Of a DNA stretch of 64,000 bases, positions 28,489 through 38,587 are shown one piece after another. Where the stretch lies: the NCBI GenBank assembly GCA_051382295.1, contig JBBCAW010000012.1:96001-160000 (forward strand), written 5' to 3'. A program made the position numbers and the translations under genes. Positions within the stretch are counted from its first letter, which is position 1; every line of letters starts with the position of its first letter. The notes under the pieces were generated by a model. That model ran no database searches. It saw only the letters and a list, made by a program, of their open reading frames with translations, and was not told the DNA's origin. Source of the stretch: Bdellovibrionota bacterium FG-1. Lineage in GTDB: Bacteria > Bdellovibrionota > UBA1018.

Positions 28489-30048
28489 CTAGAGTCTGCG
28501 TCGTAAAATCCAAATCACAATACCAGCTATGGAAATCAGGAGTGGAAGCACAACGACCGTCACTAAAAAGATCACGGTTCCTTGCTTTTGCGAAAGCTCC
28601 ACTTTGCCTGGTCCGTCTTCTTTTGCTCGAATCGAGATCAAGCTTTCGTCTTCCATAATCCAAGAGATCGTATTGAGAAAGAGATCGAGGTTGCCGCCGA
28701 AGCGCTGGTAGTTATTGCTTGCGAAAAGTGAGGTTCCAAAAACCACTAAACGGGTGTTTTTGGTGGCTTTTGAGTCCTTGAGTTTGCCATCAATCGCCAT
28801 GGCGACCGATAAGGGGCCGTTGCGATCCTTGCCCTCTGTGAAGCGTACCTGGCCGCTAGCGAGTTCTTTCATATCCGCGACTGCCCAACTCTTGGGAGTG
28901 GTCTGGGCAAGCCAAACGGGATTGACGCCTGCTGCGGTATTTCCTGCAGCCTCAATAGGACGGCTAAAAGGAAAGTAGCAATTGGTCTGAAAGTCTTTGG
29001 TAATTGCCTGATCTTTGTTAAACGACGCCAGAATGGGGACTGATGCATCGACTCCCAGCATTTTCGAAAGAGGATCGACGATCATCGAGCTGGTGGCCTT
29101 GATATTCCAGGTGTTCAGGAGTGCGGCGAGCTCGGGAGCGTACTCGCCCCCCTTTATGTTGATGTCGAGTGCCAAAAACAGGTGGCCCCCGTTTGCAAGG
29201 AACTCACGAAGAATCTTAATTTCAGGGTCAAAGAAGGATTTTTGCGGCCCTACGATAGCAACGGCATCACAGGTATCCGGAATTTTGCCTTCTTGAACAA
29301 TATTGAGATCTTTGATTTCGTATGCTTGATTGAGCAATGCTTTTTTGGCGGTGTCGTAGCCATCCGTCTCAGTGCTCGAAAAGTTTTTTTCGCCGTGACC
29401 TGTCACCGTACACAAAGTCGGGGTCTTTTCTTTGGTCAACTTAATGAGCGCGTTAGTGACCTTTTCTTCGGTCGGTTCTTCAAGCTTATTTTCGCGTGCG
29501 CCTACGACGAGCTGCAGAGTGCCGTATTTTTTGATTCCAACCTGTTTGGCTCGGGTGGGTTCACGATCTGGATCGACATATTCGACCTCAAATTTGCCCG
29601 GATTGATTTGCTTGTAATTGTCCAAAAGGGGTCTGAACTGTTCGCGTCCCTGCATTTTAGCAAAGAGAACCGCTTTGACCGGGGTTTTAAGGCCTTTAAC
29701 AAGTTTAAAGGTTTGATCCGAAAGCGTGTGCGTTTTGTTCTTGGTGAGGTCGAGCTTTTGCGGATAGCGATAGCCAATAAAGTTGACGACGCCAACGATC
29801 GCGATCACCAACAGTATCGTTATCAATGAATTGAGACCGTAGGCCGCTGTGCGTCCCCTGAGGGCGGCTGCGTTTTGCTGAACGAGTACGCCTAAGACTG
29901 CGATCAAGGGAAGACCAATGATGATGGTGAGCCAGAGTACCTCAGGGTAGACTGCTCGCGCAAAAAGCATCGCTAGGATAAGAAATCCAGCTGCGCCCCA
30001 AAGAAGAAAAGTAAACCTACCGGAGTTTTTTTGTTCAGGTGTTGCCAT
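28489..30048 (-). CDS. GldG-family ABC auxiliary protein
   Basis: Three N-terminal TM helices, LDLTKNK.HTLS.QT, YVDPDREP, GHGE, GNLDLFLN.ISW, C-terminal TM. Confidence 0.85.
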   Translation of the reverse strand: MATPEQKNSGRFTFLLWGAAGFLILAMLFARAVYPEVLWLTIIIGLPLIAVLGVLVQQNAAALRGRTAAYGLNSLITILLVIAIVGVVNFIGYRYPQKLDLTKNKTHTLSDQTFKLVKGLKTPVKAVLFAKMQGREQFRPLLDNYKQINPGKFEVEYVDPDREPTRAKQVGIKKYGTLQLVVGARENKLEEPTEEKVTNALIKLTKEKTPTLCTVTGHGEKNFSSTETDGYDTAKKALLNQAYEIKDLNIVQEGKIPDTCDAVAIVGPQKSFFDPEIKILREFLANGGHLFLALDINIKGGEYAPELAALLNTWNIKATSSMIVDPLSKMLGVDASVPILASFNKDQAITKDFQTNCYFPFSRPIEAAGNTAAGVNPVWLAQTTPKSWAVADMKELASGQVRFTEGKDRNGPLSVAMAIDGKLKDSKATKNTRLVVFGTSLFASNNYQRFGGNLDLFLNTISWIMEDESLISIRAKEDGPGKVELSQKQGTVIFLVTVVVLPLLISIAGIVIWILRRRL

Positions 30049-30057
30049 AAAAGTTGA

Positions 30058-30822
30058 TTACCTCCAGCGAAAAGAATCCAGCGCTCGGTGGGTTAAGAAA
30101 AGACCGATGCCGATAAACGAACAATAAAATAATACGTCCGTTGTATTTATCAGCCCTTGGCTGAAGTTGTTGTAATGATTAATGAGGGACATATAGAGTA
30201 AAATATCGCTCCATACCGGACCGGCTGCTTGGGTGGCCCAGCTAATCAGCCAAAAAAACAAGCCTGCCGCAAAGGTCAATGCCCCTGCGACGATTTGATT
30301 TTCGGTGAGTGCCGAGAAAAGGACACCTAAAGAAAGGTAGCAAGAGGCTAAAAGAAGTGTGCCGATATAGCTCGTGACAATAGGTCCTAAATCGGGGTTT
30401 CCAGTCATAAAGAGCACGACCGGATAGACCAAGGTGAAGGCCAGCATGATCGCTACGAGCAAGAAAGAAGATAAAAATTTGCCCAAGATGATTTCGGTCA
30501 ACGTCACAGGTGACGTCATCAAAAGTTCAATGGTGTGCTGCTTTCGTTCTTCAGCAAAAAGCCGCATCGTGATGAATGGCACCAAAAATAGAAAAATCAC
30601 GTTCATATTGCCGTAAAGCGGGCGAATAATACCATCGGTGATACTGGTTCCTTTTCCCATGTTAAATTGCTGATATTGCAGATTTTGCAAATTAAAGTGG
30701 GAAAGGTTGAAAAAGAACATCCAGCCCATGATGACCATGAAGCCGGCGATGACAATATAAGCGATCGGTGAAGTAAAGTAGGCGCGAAAATCTCTTCGCG
30801 CGATCGTCCAGATGTTTCTCAT
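30058..30822 (-). CDS. GldF-like ABC permease
   Basis: IARRDFRAYFTSPIAY, TMRLFAEERKQHTIELL.T.P, LGKF, SALTENQIVA. Confidence 0.88.
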   Translation of the reverse strand: MRNIWTIARRDFRAYFTSPIAYIVIAGFMVIMGWMFFFNLSHFNLQNLQYQQFNMGKGTSITDGIIRPLYGNMNVIFLFLVPFITMRLFAEERKQHTIELLMTSPVTLTEIILGKFLSSFLLVAIMLAFTLVYPVVLFMTGNPDLGPIVTSYIGTLLLASCYLSLGVLFSALTENQIVAGALTFAAGLFFWLISWATQAAGPVWSDILLYMSLINHYNNFSQGLINTTDVLFYCSFIGIGLFLTHRALDSFRWR

Positions 30823-30850
30823 GGCACGCTCCTATCCATTGGCTGAGGGG

Positions 30851-31786
30851 TTAGTGGGTTTCGTGATTTTCGACAGTGGTCAGTTGTAAGAAGATCTCTT
30901 CGAGGCTCACGCGTTCGGTGCTGAATTCCAGAACTCCCATTCCCTGTGTTACTGCTGTTTCGACGATTTTGTCGCGAATTTCGCTCTGATTGGGGGCGAT
31001 TTCCACCACGAGCTTGTTGTTTTGTGAAGTCACGTTGCTTACGCCGCTCATTTTTCGAATTGCCTCGAGGCCGGCGGGTAGGGGGTTTTTCACCTCAAGT
31101 GAGTAAATCAGCCCTTTTTTCAGGCGCAAGGTGAGTTTCTCGATCGTGTCTTCAGCAACAATTAAGCCCTTATTGATAACGATGATTCGCTGACAAGTGG
31201 CGGTGACCTCAGGAAGAATATGGGAACTCAAAATGATGGTGTGTTCCCCACCCAAACTCTTAATTAATTCGCGGATCTCAATGATCTGCTTGGGGTCAAG
31301 GCCGACGGTGGCTTCATCCAGAATCAGTACGGGTGGATTATGAACCAAGGCTTGAGCGAGACCGACACGTTGACGATAGCCCTTTGAGAGATTACCAATG
31401 AGGCGGCCTCGAACGTCCCCGAGTGCGGTCTTTTGAATGGCGTTATCAGCGGCCGAGCGAAGTTTGGATCTTTCGACTCCATGGAGGCTTGCGGCAAATT
31501 CGAGATAATCGCGCACGGTCATTTCCAGGTAGACTGGGGGAGTTTCAGGAAGAAAACCGACTTGCCGTTTGACGGCGATCGGATCTTCAAAAACATCATG
31601 GCCGGCGATGGTGGCTTTGCCGCTCGTTGCCGGCATAAACCCCGTCAGAATTTTCATCGTGGTGGATTTTCCGGCGCCATTGGGACCGAGAAAACCGACG
31701 ATTTCACCTTTTTTGACTTCAAAGCTCAAATCGTTGACTGCGGTACGAGCGCCGTACATTTTGGTGAGATGCGAAACATGGATCAT
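30851..31786 (-). CDS. GldA-like ABC ATP-binding protein
   Basis: GPNGAGKSTTMKILTG, LSKGYRQRVGLAQAL, LDPKQIIEIRELI, SSHILPEV. Confidence 0.9.
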   Translation of the reverse strand: MIHVSHLTKMYGARTAVNDLSFEVKKGEIVGFLGPNGAGKSTTMKILTGFMPATSGKATIAGHDVFEDPIAVKRQVGFLPETPPVYLEMTVRDYLEFAASLHGVERSKLRSAADNAIQKTALGDVRGRLIGNLSKGYRQRVGLAQALVHNPPVLILDEATVGLDPKQIIEIRELIKSLGGEHTIILSSHILPEVTATCQRIIVINKGLIVAEDTIEKLTLRLKKGLIYSLEVKNPLPAGLEAIRKMSGVSNVTSQNNKLVVEIAPNQSEIRDKIVETAVTQGMGVLEFSTERVSLEEIFLQLTTVENHETH

Positions 31787-31827
31787 CTTGGATAGACCTC
31801 ACGGTTGTTTACGTCTTTGAGTTTTCG

Positions 31828-31856
31828 ATCATGATAAATTCTAGGGTCTACGTCAA
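31828..31856 (-). promoter_or_regulatory. Putative sigma70 promoter of the gld-like operon
   Basis: Minus strand TTGACG-N17-CATGAT about 40 nt upstream of ATG 31786. Confidence 0.45.
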
Positions 31857-31922
31857 CCAAAAGTTATCAAGATGTTCCATGAAATCGGTGGTTTCGGGGG
31901 GTGGGAGATTAAAATTTTTTAA

Positions 31923-34900
31923 TTACAGCTCGACCGGGAATAGAAAATCGCCCATCTTGTTTGGAGTGTCGCCGAGATTACTCCACGGAAATTTACCGTT
32001 GATCCCCGATCCGCTACTGCCCCAACATCGAAGGGATTGGTCGTCCAAGAGAGCGCAAGTGTTTTGGTCACCAACGACCACTTTGAGGGCATAGCGGTTG
32101 CTGCCGAGATTGACAGGGGGTAAATCATTTCCCATTGGGCCTACTCCGTCGCCGCGGGTCATTGCATCTCCTAGGCCGAGCTGGCCAGCGGAATTTAAAC
32201 CCCAGCATTTGATTGCTCCCTGTGGGGAGGATAGGGCGCAGGCAGAGGCGTTGCCCATGCTGATTTGGGTCACCGCAAAACTTGCTCCCAAATTAATTGC
32301 ACTCAGACCCGTCATTGATCCATTCGTATTTCCTCGGCTGGTTGTGTCTCCTTGCCCGAGCTGGCCAGCCCCGTTCAAGCCCCAGCATTTGACGTATCCG
32401 TTATCTAAAATGGCACAGGTACTTGAAGACCCCGCCGCGATGGCTACAGCGGTTCGGCCCGCACCCAGGTTGACAGATGGAATGGATTGGGTGTCGTAAG
32501 GAGGCGTGGCAGTGTAGCCTCGTGAAGTGGTGTCATCGACGCCCAATTGGCCGTACAAGTTATCTCCCCAGCAACGGACTTGACCTGTTTGGGTGAGTGC
32601 GCAGTTATGGTATCCACCGGAGGCGATATCGATCATGGTGAGTCCGGCATCGCCAAAGTCAACGGGGAGGACTGTTGACATAGAATTGACATCATTTCCT
32701 TTGGAAAGAGTGTCGTTTTGCCCAAGTGCACCTGTCCCGTTGTATCCCCAGCATTTGACGGAATGGTTGTCCAAGAGTGTACAGGTATGGCGGTTTCCTG
32801 CCGTGACTTTGAGAGCGGTTCGACCCGCGCCTAAGTCCACGACAGGTAGGATGTCACCCAGGGAGCCCGGTAGATCTCCAATTTTGGTGCCGTTTGAGAG
32901 GTTCAGCCCAAGCTGGCCATCTGTGTTCCCTCCCCAGCATTTGACTTGGCTATTATCCAACAAGGCGCAGGTATGGTAATAGCCCAGTGCGACCTGGACG
33001 GCTCTTCGACCGCTGCCGAGTTGCACCGGAGGGAGGTTGTTGCCCATGGTGTTGATGCCGTTTCCACGCGAAACGTTATTTTCAAGTCCGAGTTGGCCAT
33101 CCCCGTTTTGGCCCCAACATTTAAGATCACCGCTCTCTAAAATTGCGCAGGCATGAGCCGAACCTATTTCTAGCTTCAGAACACGACGACCGCTGCCGAG
33201 TTGCACGGCAGGTAATGCATTTCCCATTTGGTTGCTAGTCCAACCGAGTTGTGAGGCGTGATTGAGGCCGAGCTGGCCATTACCATTAGAGCCCCAGCAT
33301 TTGATGTGGCTATCCATGAGAAGTGCGCATGTATGTTCAGTCCCAGTTGTAATCTGTTTGACGATCGCGTTGGTTCCTAGATTGACGGGGTAGAGTAGGT
33401 CTCCCATTTCATGCCCGGCAACGGCCTTGTCATCGCCGTGTGTATCCATTGTTTCGAGCCCTAGTTCTCCAGCGTTATTGTTTCCCCAGCATTTGATCAG
33501 TCCATTGTCCAGGTGCACACAAACATGCCAGTTTCCCATGGAGAGAGATGTTGCGATTCGTCCGCTTCCCAAGGAAACCGGAAGGAGTCCATCGCCCATG
33601 GTGGCTACGGTACTTCCACGATTATTCTTATCTCCTTGGCCGAGTTGCCCATAGTCATTATTGCCCCAACATTTGACAGTGCCATTATCCAATAGAGCGC
33701 AGGCACTGAAGAGGCCAGCGGCAATCGCTTTTGCTTTTTGTCCTGTTCCTAAATTAATAGGGATTAGATTTTGGAGGGTATGATCTGCCGCATTTGTATC
33801 GCCGCGACCGATGACATCTCCTTGGCCGAGTTGTCCATAGACATTGTTGCCCCAGCACTTGACCGATCCATCGTCTAAAAGTGCGCAACTAAAGTCTTGC
33901 CCCAACGCAAGGGAGGTTGCTGACCGTCCGGAACCCAAATAGACAAAGTCTAAAGCATCTCCCATTGTGTTTGGACTGGAACCAAAGGGATTAGTGGTGT
34001 CGTAACCGAGCTGGCCAGAGCCATTACCGCCCCAACATTTAACTCCGCGGTTGACCAAACCATCAGAGACAATGGCGCAGCTGTGAAAGGCTCCCGTTGC
34101 AACGGCAAAGGCAGTTGCTTGACTTCCAAGATTGATGTCGGGAGATTGAGCGGCGGAATTTCTTGCGGTGATGTCCTCATATCCGAGTTGCCCATAGCCA
34201 TTATTACCCCAACATCGAATTTTGCCGGACTCTAAAAGGACGCACATATGCTCATTTTTTACAGTGATGAATACGGGCAAACCACTTCCCGCAATGAGGG
34301 GAACCGCAGGAAGCTCATAGCCCATTTGTGAACCTGGACTAGGCGAGTCTCCACGGCTGTTATAATCGCCAATTCCCAGTTGTCCCGATAGGTTATTTCC
34401 CCAACATTTGAGAGCGCCGTTATTTAAAAGGGCGCAGGTTTGGTTACCCCCTGCGGCGATTTGTAACGGTTGAATGTCGAGGGTGCCTAGCCCTGAAAAA
34501 ACTTGAGAGGTGACTAGCGTGGCTCCTTGGGTGCTGTATTCGATTTGCAAAGTATCTACGATGGGCCCGTCTTTGGGCGGTTCAAAGGATACAAAAATGA
34601 TGCATGCATAGCCAGACTCAAGGGTTAATCCGATCCCGCAATTTCCCCCGTCTCCCGGAAATGAATGCCCCAGAAAATCGAGGGTGGGTTTCGATGCAAA
34701 ACCCGGAGCCGATGAAAGTATAAGCGGGCTATTGCTTTGGTTTTTCAGCATGAACGACCGACTCACGGGTGTACCGGCATATCGTGATCCAAAATCAGTT
34801 GAAAGCAAGCTGAGCGGTTCGATCATCAAAGCTTGTGGAATGGTGGGCGAGGGCAGGGGGCTTGGCGATGAATCCGGACCACCAATCAAAGGCCCTGTGA

Positions 34901-35057
34901 TCGTCGGGCCATCGTTATTGGTAGTGCTGGTCGTTGGCGAAAAATCTTCAACGCTCCAATCCATCTCCGCCTTAAAGCATCCCCCGAGTCCCAGAGGGAG
35001 CAGGAGTGCTACGCCAAACGCGCGGAGAGATTTTGGAAAAAGAAACGCAGACCGCAT
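31923..35057 (-). CDS. RCC1/BLIP-II repeat lipoprotein with N-terminal Ig-like domain
   Basis: Lipobox LGG-C; Pro/Ser linker; DFG..SFMLKN..C..C.I.VSF.P Ig domain; 14 copies of C(A)LL..G.(V/I/L)(K/R)CWG.N..GQLG. Confidence 0.88.
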   Translation of the reverse strand: MRSAFLFPKSLRAFGVALLLPLGLGGCFKAEMDWSVEDFSPTTSTTNNDGPTITGPLIGGPDSSPSPLPSPTIPQALMIEPLSLLSTDFGSRYAGTPVSRSFMLKNQSNSPLILSSAPGFASKPTLDFLGHSFPGDGGNCGIGLTLESGYACIIFVSFEPPKDGPIVDTLQIEYSTQGATLVTSQVFSGLGTLDIQPLQIAAGGNQTCALLNNGALKCWGNNLSGQLGIGDYNSRGDSPSPGSQMGYELPAVPLIAGSGLPVFITVKNEHMCVLLESGKIRCWGNNGYGQLGYEDITARNSAAQSPDINLGSQATAFAVATGAFHSCAIVSDGLVNRGVKCWGGNGSGQLGYDTTNPFGSSPNTMGDALDFVYLGSGRSATSLALGQDFSCALLDDGSVKCWGNNVYGQLGQGDVIGRGDTNAADHTLQNLIPINLGTGQKAKAIAAGLFSACALLDNGTVKCWGNNDYGQLGQGDKNNRGSTVATMGDGLLPVSLGSGRIATSLSMGNWHVCVHLDNGLIKCWGNNNAGELGLETMDTHGDDKAVAGHEMGDLLYPVNLGTNAIVKQITTGTEHTCALLMDSHIKCWGSNGNGQLGLNHASQLGWTSNQMGNALPAVQLGSGRRVLKLEIGSAHACAILESGDLKCWGQNGDGQLGLENNVSRGNGINTMGNNLPPVQLGSGRRAVQVALGYYHTCALLDNSQVKCWGGNTDGQLGLNLSNGTKIGDLPGSLGDILPVVDLGAGRTALKVTAGNRHTCTLLDNHSVKCWGYNGTGALGQNDTLSKGNDVNSMSTVLPVDFGDAGLTMIDIASGGYHNCALTQTGQVRCWGDNLYGQLGVDDTTSRGYTATPPYDTQSIPSVNLGAGRTAVAIAAGSSSTCAILDNGYVKCWGLNGAGQLGQGDTTSRGNTNGSMTGLSAINLGASFAVTQISMGNASACALSSPQGAIKCWGLNSAGQLGLGDAMTRGDGVGPMGNDLPPVNLGSNRYALKVVVGDQNTCALLDDQSLRCWGSSGSGINGKFPWSNLGDTPNKMGDFLFPVEL

Positions 35058-35439
35058 ACCCCTAGTTTAGCGTAAATACCTTAACTTGACTAATTTAATA
35101 TAATATATAAGTGACTGATATTGCATGATAATAATATAAATTGTTCACGGAGGTAAACATTCGGTCAACCCATTTTCGTAGGAACTCACCCCATCAAATA
35201 GACACTCTTTTCGGGTGCGAGCGGGATGCGAGCGAGTCAGAGAGGAACAACCACGAAGGGCGTTAAACTTCTCGAGCAAGAATTTATTCACCAAATATCT
35301 CTCTGATTTTGTCCTTGACGAAAATCCCACCCACTTGCCCAATGATGGGCTTTAAATGCTTTATGGGGCGATCTTTTTGGTGCTCAGTCGACCTCGCAAA
35401 AATGGCTCTAAAAAAACTCGTGTTACAGACATCTCATCT

Positions 35440-36383
35440 ATGAGAAATCACCAAATCGTCTTAGCGGAGATCAAAAACGCAGTCGCGGAAGAACGGAAGT
35501 GTCAGCTCAAGGTGCTGCATCTGCTCCGCGAAGTGGAACGCGACGGACATTATCTGGAGATGGGCTACCCATCCTTATTCGAGTTTGCAACACAAGCCTT
35601 GGGATACTCTTCTGGTCCGCCCATCGCCGCATCCAGTCCATGCGGCTACTCAAAATTTTGCCAGAAATGGAGAGTAAGATCGAGGATGGCAGCCTCTCTC
35701 TTTGCGTTGCAGCCAAGACCCAGAGTTTTTTTCGTACCGAGGATCAGAAACGTAAAAGCGAGGGCGACGAAAAACTTGGCCTGCAAGCCAAACAAGAAAT
35801 CGCCCAGTCGATGCTCGGCACCTCGATGCGGGAGTGTGAAAAAAAGTTGACGAAGATTTCGCCTGAGTCTGCTCTTCCACCCGAGAAGACAAGGGAACTT
35901 TTACGGGGTAAGACCTTGATCCAGTTTTCCGCAGACGCAGAATTGATGGAAAAGATCGAGAAACTTAAAGGCTTGCTGGCTCATCAAAATCCCGATGGCA
36001 GTTACGAAGGGCTGTTTGAGATTCTAGCCGAGTTGGCCCTAAAAAAGATCGAGCCTAAGAAACCAAATCCAGAAACGTCTCCAAAAACGTCTAACGATGA
36101 CGCAAATAACCCCTCCGTTTCCACGTTGGAAACGCAGAGGTCCCGCACCATTCCGGCGGAGGTCAAAAGGCAGGTCTTTGCACGTGATGGTGGATGTTGC
36201 ACCTATCAAGATCAGAGCACAGGCAAGCGTTGTGGAAGTCGCTTTGCGATTGAGTATGACCATATCCATCCGTTCGCCTGGGGAGGGGAGACAATTGTAG
36301 AAAATTTGCACCTTCGGTGCAAACGCCATAACGCTTATACAGCGCAAAAGCAGGGACTGATTCGCGATTCAAAACCGCTTTGA
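35440..36383 (+). pseudogene. HNH endonuclease (helical N-domain + C-terminal HNH), split by a 1-nt frameshift near 35614-35617
   Basis: Frame A gives MRNHQIV..AEERK..GYPSLFEF..LGYSSG; the -1 frame continues SAHRRIQSMRL..RDGGCC..C..EYDHIHP..GG..NL.LRCKRHN; the joined protein aligns with 51841..52869. Confidence 0.82.
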
Positions 36384-36495
36384 GTTCACTCCGTCTTTAA
36401 TCGTCACTTTACCTGGTGGCGCATGGTCTCCTACAAACCTGGGACAATATCGAATTTCTTATGAATGGGGTAAACCCAGACGCTTTTCGCCTCCG

Positions 36496-36513
36496 ATGTC
36501 AAGTATCTGACAG
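36496..36513. promoter_or_regulatory. TGTCA-N6-TGACA palindrome upstream of the LysM operon
   Basis: ATGTCA-AGTATC-TGACAG about 60 nt before ATG 36575. Confidence 0.5.
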
Positions 36514-36574
36514 CTCTCCAACGAGTTGCGTTTTATACTGCATAAAATGCTAACTCTGAGAGATAATTGAGATC

Positions 36575-37501
36575 ATGCAATTCAGGGGTGTGGTTTCAAC
36601 TTGGATCATCGCTCAGATGCTTTTTTGCACTTACCCTGCTTTTGCAAGCAAGCAAAAGACGAGCGTCAGACGAAAAGTATTTTTGGAGCAGACTTATGAT
36701 CAGCCGTTTTCCGGATTTTCGGCACTCTCCAAGTACCTCTATGGCGGCGACCCGTCTTTCGCAAAAATTTTAATAAACTCCAATCCCGAACTTTCCGCCC
36801 CGATCCCGGCAGACGTGACAATCCGGTACCCCGCGCCAGTTTATCGCGTCGAAACCGGTGACACTTTGGGCGAAATTTCGGCACTTTGGGTCGGTCCGGG
36901 GAGCCATAATTTCAACCGCTTGTGCAAGCTGAACCCCACCGTCTCCTTTGATCAAATCCGGGCGAAACAAACCCTCATCCTGCCGCGAATCCCTGACGCC
37001 CAGGAAAAGGAACGCCTTTTATCATTGTGGCTTGGGATAAATCGGAAAGAACCCGCGCCCACTTCGATCCAGAGGCCCCTCCCCAATAAACCAACCGAGG
37101 TCCCATCGACCAGAACTCCAATTACATCCCCCTTCCATCCCGGTGATTCTGCCGAACGTCTCGCCCTGGTCAAATGGTACCTGGAGCGACTCGAAAACAA
37201 GGAAAATCGTGATCGAACCAATCTGATGATCGCGGATTTAAGGGCCCACACCGACCCCAAGGACTGGGATGCCTGGTACACCATCGGCCAATATTTTTTC
37301 AAAATAGGTGAATTCACTGAAGCTCATCACGGATTTTCAAATGCCTTGAAATCTCCCGATGCGCCCATTCAAGTGGGCCTGCTCTACCTGCGCTCAGCCG
37401 CTCAGGCCAAGGTCGCGATTTCGGCCAAAGAAAAATCGTCCCTTTTTGAACGCTTTTCAGCTCTTGAACAACTCTTGAACGGCGAACAGGAGGGGCAATG
37501 A
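36575..37501 (+). CDS. Secreted LysM + TPR protein
   Basis: Signal peptide (AFA-S); LysM YRVETGDTLGEIS..LCKLNP..I...QTLILP preceded by a degenerate LysM; Pro linker; TPR DAWYTIGQYFFKIGEFTEA...F..AL. Confidence 0.75.
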   Translation: MQFRGVVSTWIIAQMLFCTYPAFASKQKTSVRRKVFLEQTYDQPFSGFSALSKYLYGGDPSFAKILINSNPELSAPIPADVTIRYPAPVYRVETGDTLGEISALWVGPGSHNFNRLCKLNPTVSFDQIRAKQTLILPRIPDAQEKERLLSLWLGINRKEPAPTSIQRPLPNKPTEVPSTRTPITSPFHPGDSAERLALVKWYLERLENKENRDRTNLMIADLRAHTDPKDWDAWYTIGQYFFKIGEFTEAHHGFSNALKSPDAPIQVGLLYLRSAAQAKVAISAKEKSSLFERFSALEQLLNGEQEGQ

Positions 37502-38571
37502 TCGTCGCCTTCTGGCTTCTACTTGCGCTGCTCTGTTTTCCAATCCCAACGTGGGGAGCCGATCAAGTCTCTTCAGATGCCACCGCTGAACTGACCCGGG
37601 TTGAAATGGTCTCCCGAGGCAGCAAAGCCCCCTTCGTTCAATTAGTCCCACAAAATGTTCCGATTTTGCTCGAGAAAGCTCCCGAGGGCGGATGGCTGTT
37701 GTCCCTCCGCTTTCGTTCAGAATTGGGCGAACTCAATATTCTTTCAGGCCAACAAGTCAAATTTTTGAAACGTGGTGAAGTGACTCTGCCGGTACGGATT
37801 CAGACCGGGAGCAATAGCATCAAAATAACCGTTGTTCTGGCCACGGGGGCGACCGCCGACTATGAGGTCATTGCAGACGTGAAGTTGTTGACTCCCGAAC
37901 AAGGGGATCCTCGCGGGTTTTTTATCATCGCACCTCTGGTTTACCAACGGTCGATTTCTCGCCAAGGCAGCGCGATTACTGATCCGGGCACTGCGTCTGC
38001 AATGATGCCGGGACTTCGTGGGATTTTCAGACGGCGGCTTTTCAAGAACTTCACGGACCGCCTCCCCGCGAAGATCAAGATTTTTTTCGACGGCTCCGGC
38101 ACTCTCGGAAAAACGATGGGGGGAGACGAAGGTGCGCAGGGAATGCCCTTCTGGGGCGACGCTCGCATGACCTTCGAACTTTTTCAAGCAAGTGATCTCC
38201 GTATCGAACTCGGCACGGGATACAGTATTTTTGCACCGATGCTCACCACCTCCCGGCCCGGTGACATCGAGCAGTTTTCTGGCTTTGTGTTTTCCGCACG
38301 CCTCGGCTATCCCTTAACCAAAAAATTATTCGGACTCATGGGAGGCGCTATGACCTTTCCCTCGACGGCCAACTCGACCACCAGCGTTTTTGTTTCTCAG
38401 CCACTTGAACTTTTCGCTTCGCTTTCCACTCCCTGGGGAAGTAACTCCTTTATTGAACTTCGGCTGAAATATTATGCACTCTCCACGATGGGCACGATCT
38501 TCCAGTCGGGAAATCTGGAACGCAAGGAAAGTTACCTCGGGCCCGAATTGCTATGGGTCAACAAATTTTGA
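37498..38571 (+). CDS. Predicted outer-membrane beta-barrel with N-terminal Ig-like domain
   Basis: Signal peptide; LPVRIQTGSNSIKITVV Ig-like segment; amphipathic strands; ends YLGPELLWVNKF (terminal Phe); ATGA overlap. Confidence 0.6.
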   Translation: MIVAFWLLLALLCFPIPTWGADQVSSDATAELTRVEMVSRGSKAPFVQLVPQNVPILLEKAPEGGWLLSLRFRSELGELNILSGQQVKFLKRGEVTLPVRIQTGSNSIKITVVLATGATADYEVIADVKLLTPEQGDPRGFFIIAPLVYQRSISRQGSAITDPGTASAMMPGLRGIFRRRLFKNFTDRLPAKIKIFFDGSGTLGKTMGGDEGAQGMPFWGDARMTFELFQASDLRIELGTGYSIFAPMLTTSRPGDIEQFSGFVFSARLGYPLTKKLFGLMGGAMTFPSTANSTTSVFVSQPLELFASLSTPWGSNSFIELRLKYYALSTMGTIFQSGNLERKESYLGPELLWVNKF

Positions 38572-38587
38572 AATAACAAGAGGGTTC

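Noticed and set aside
35145..35342. Small ORF or ncRNA between the RCC1 and HNH genes
   Set aside because: No recognisable motif, SD or convincing structure; cannot be supported from sequence alone.
35608..35620. Programmed -1 ribosomal frameshift in the first HNH gene
   Set aside because: No X XXY YYZ slippery site, and the paralog is continuous in one frame.
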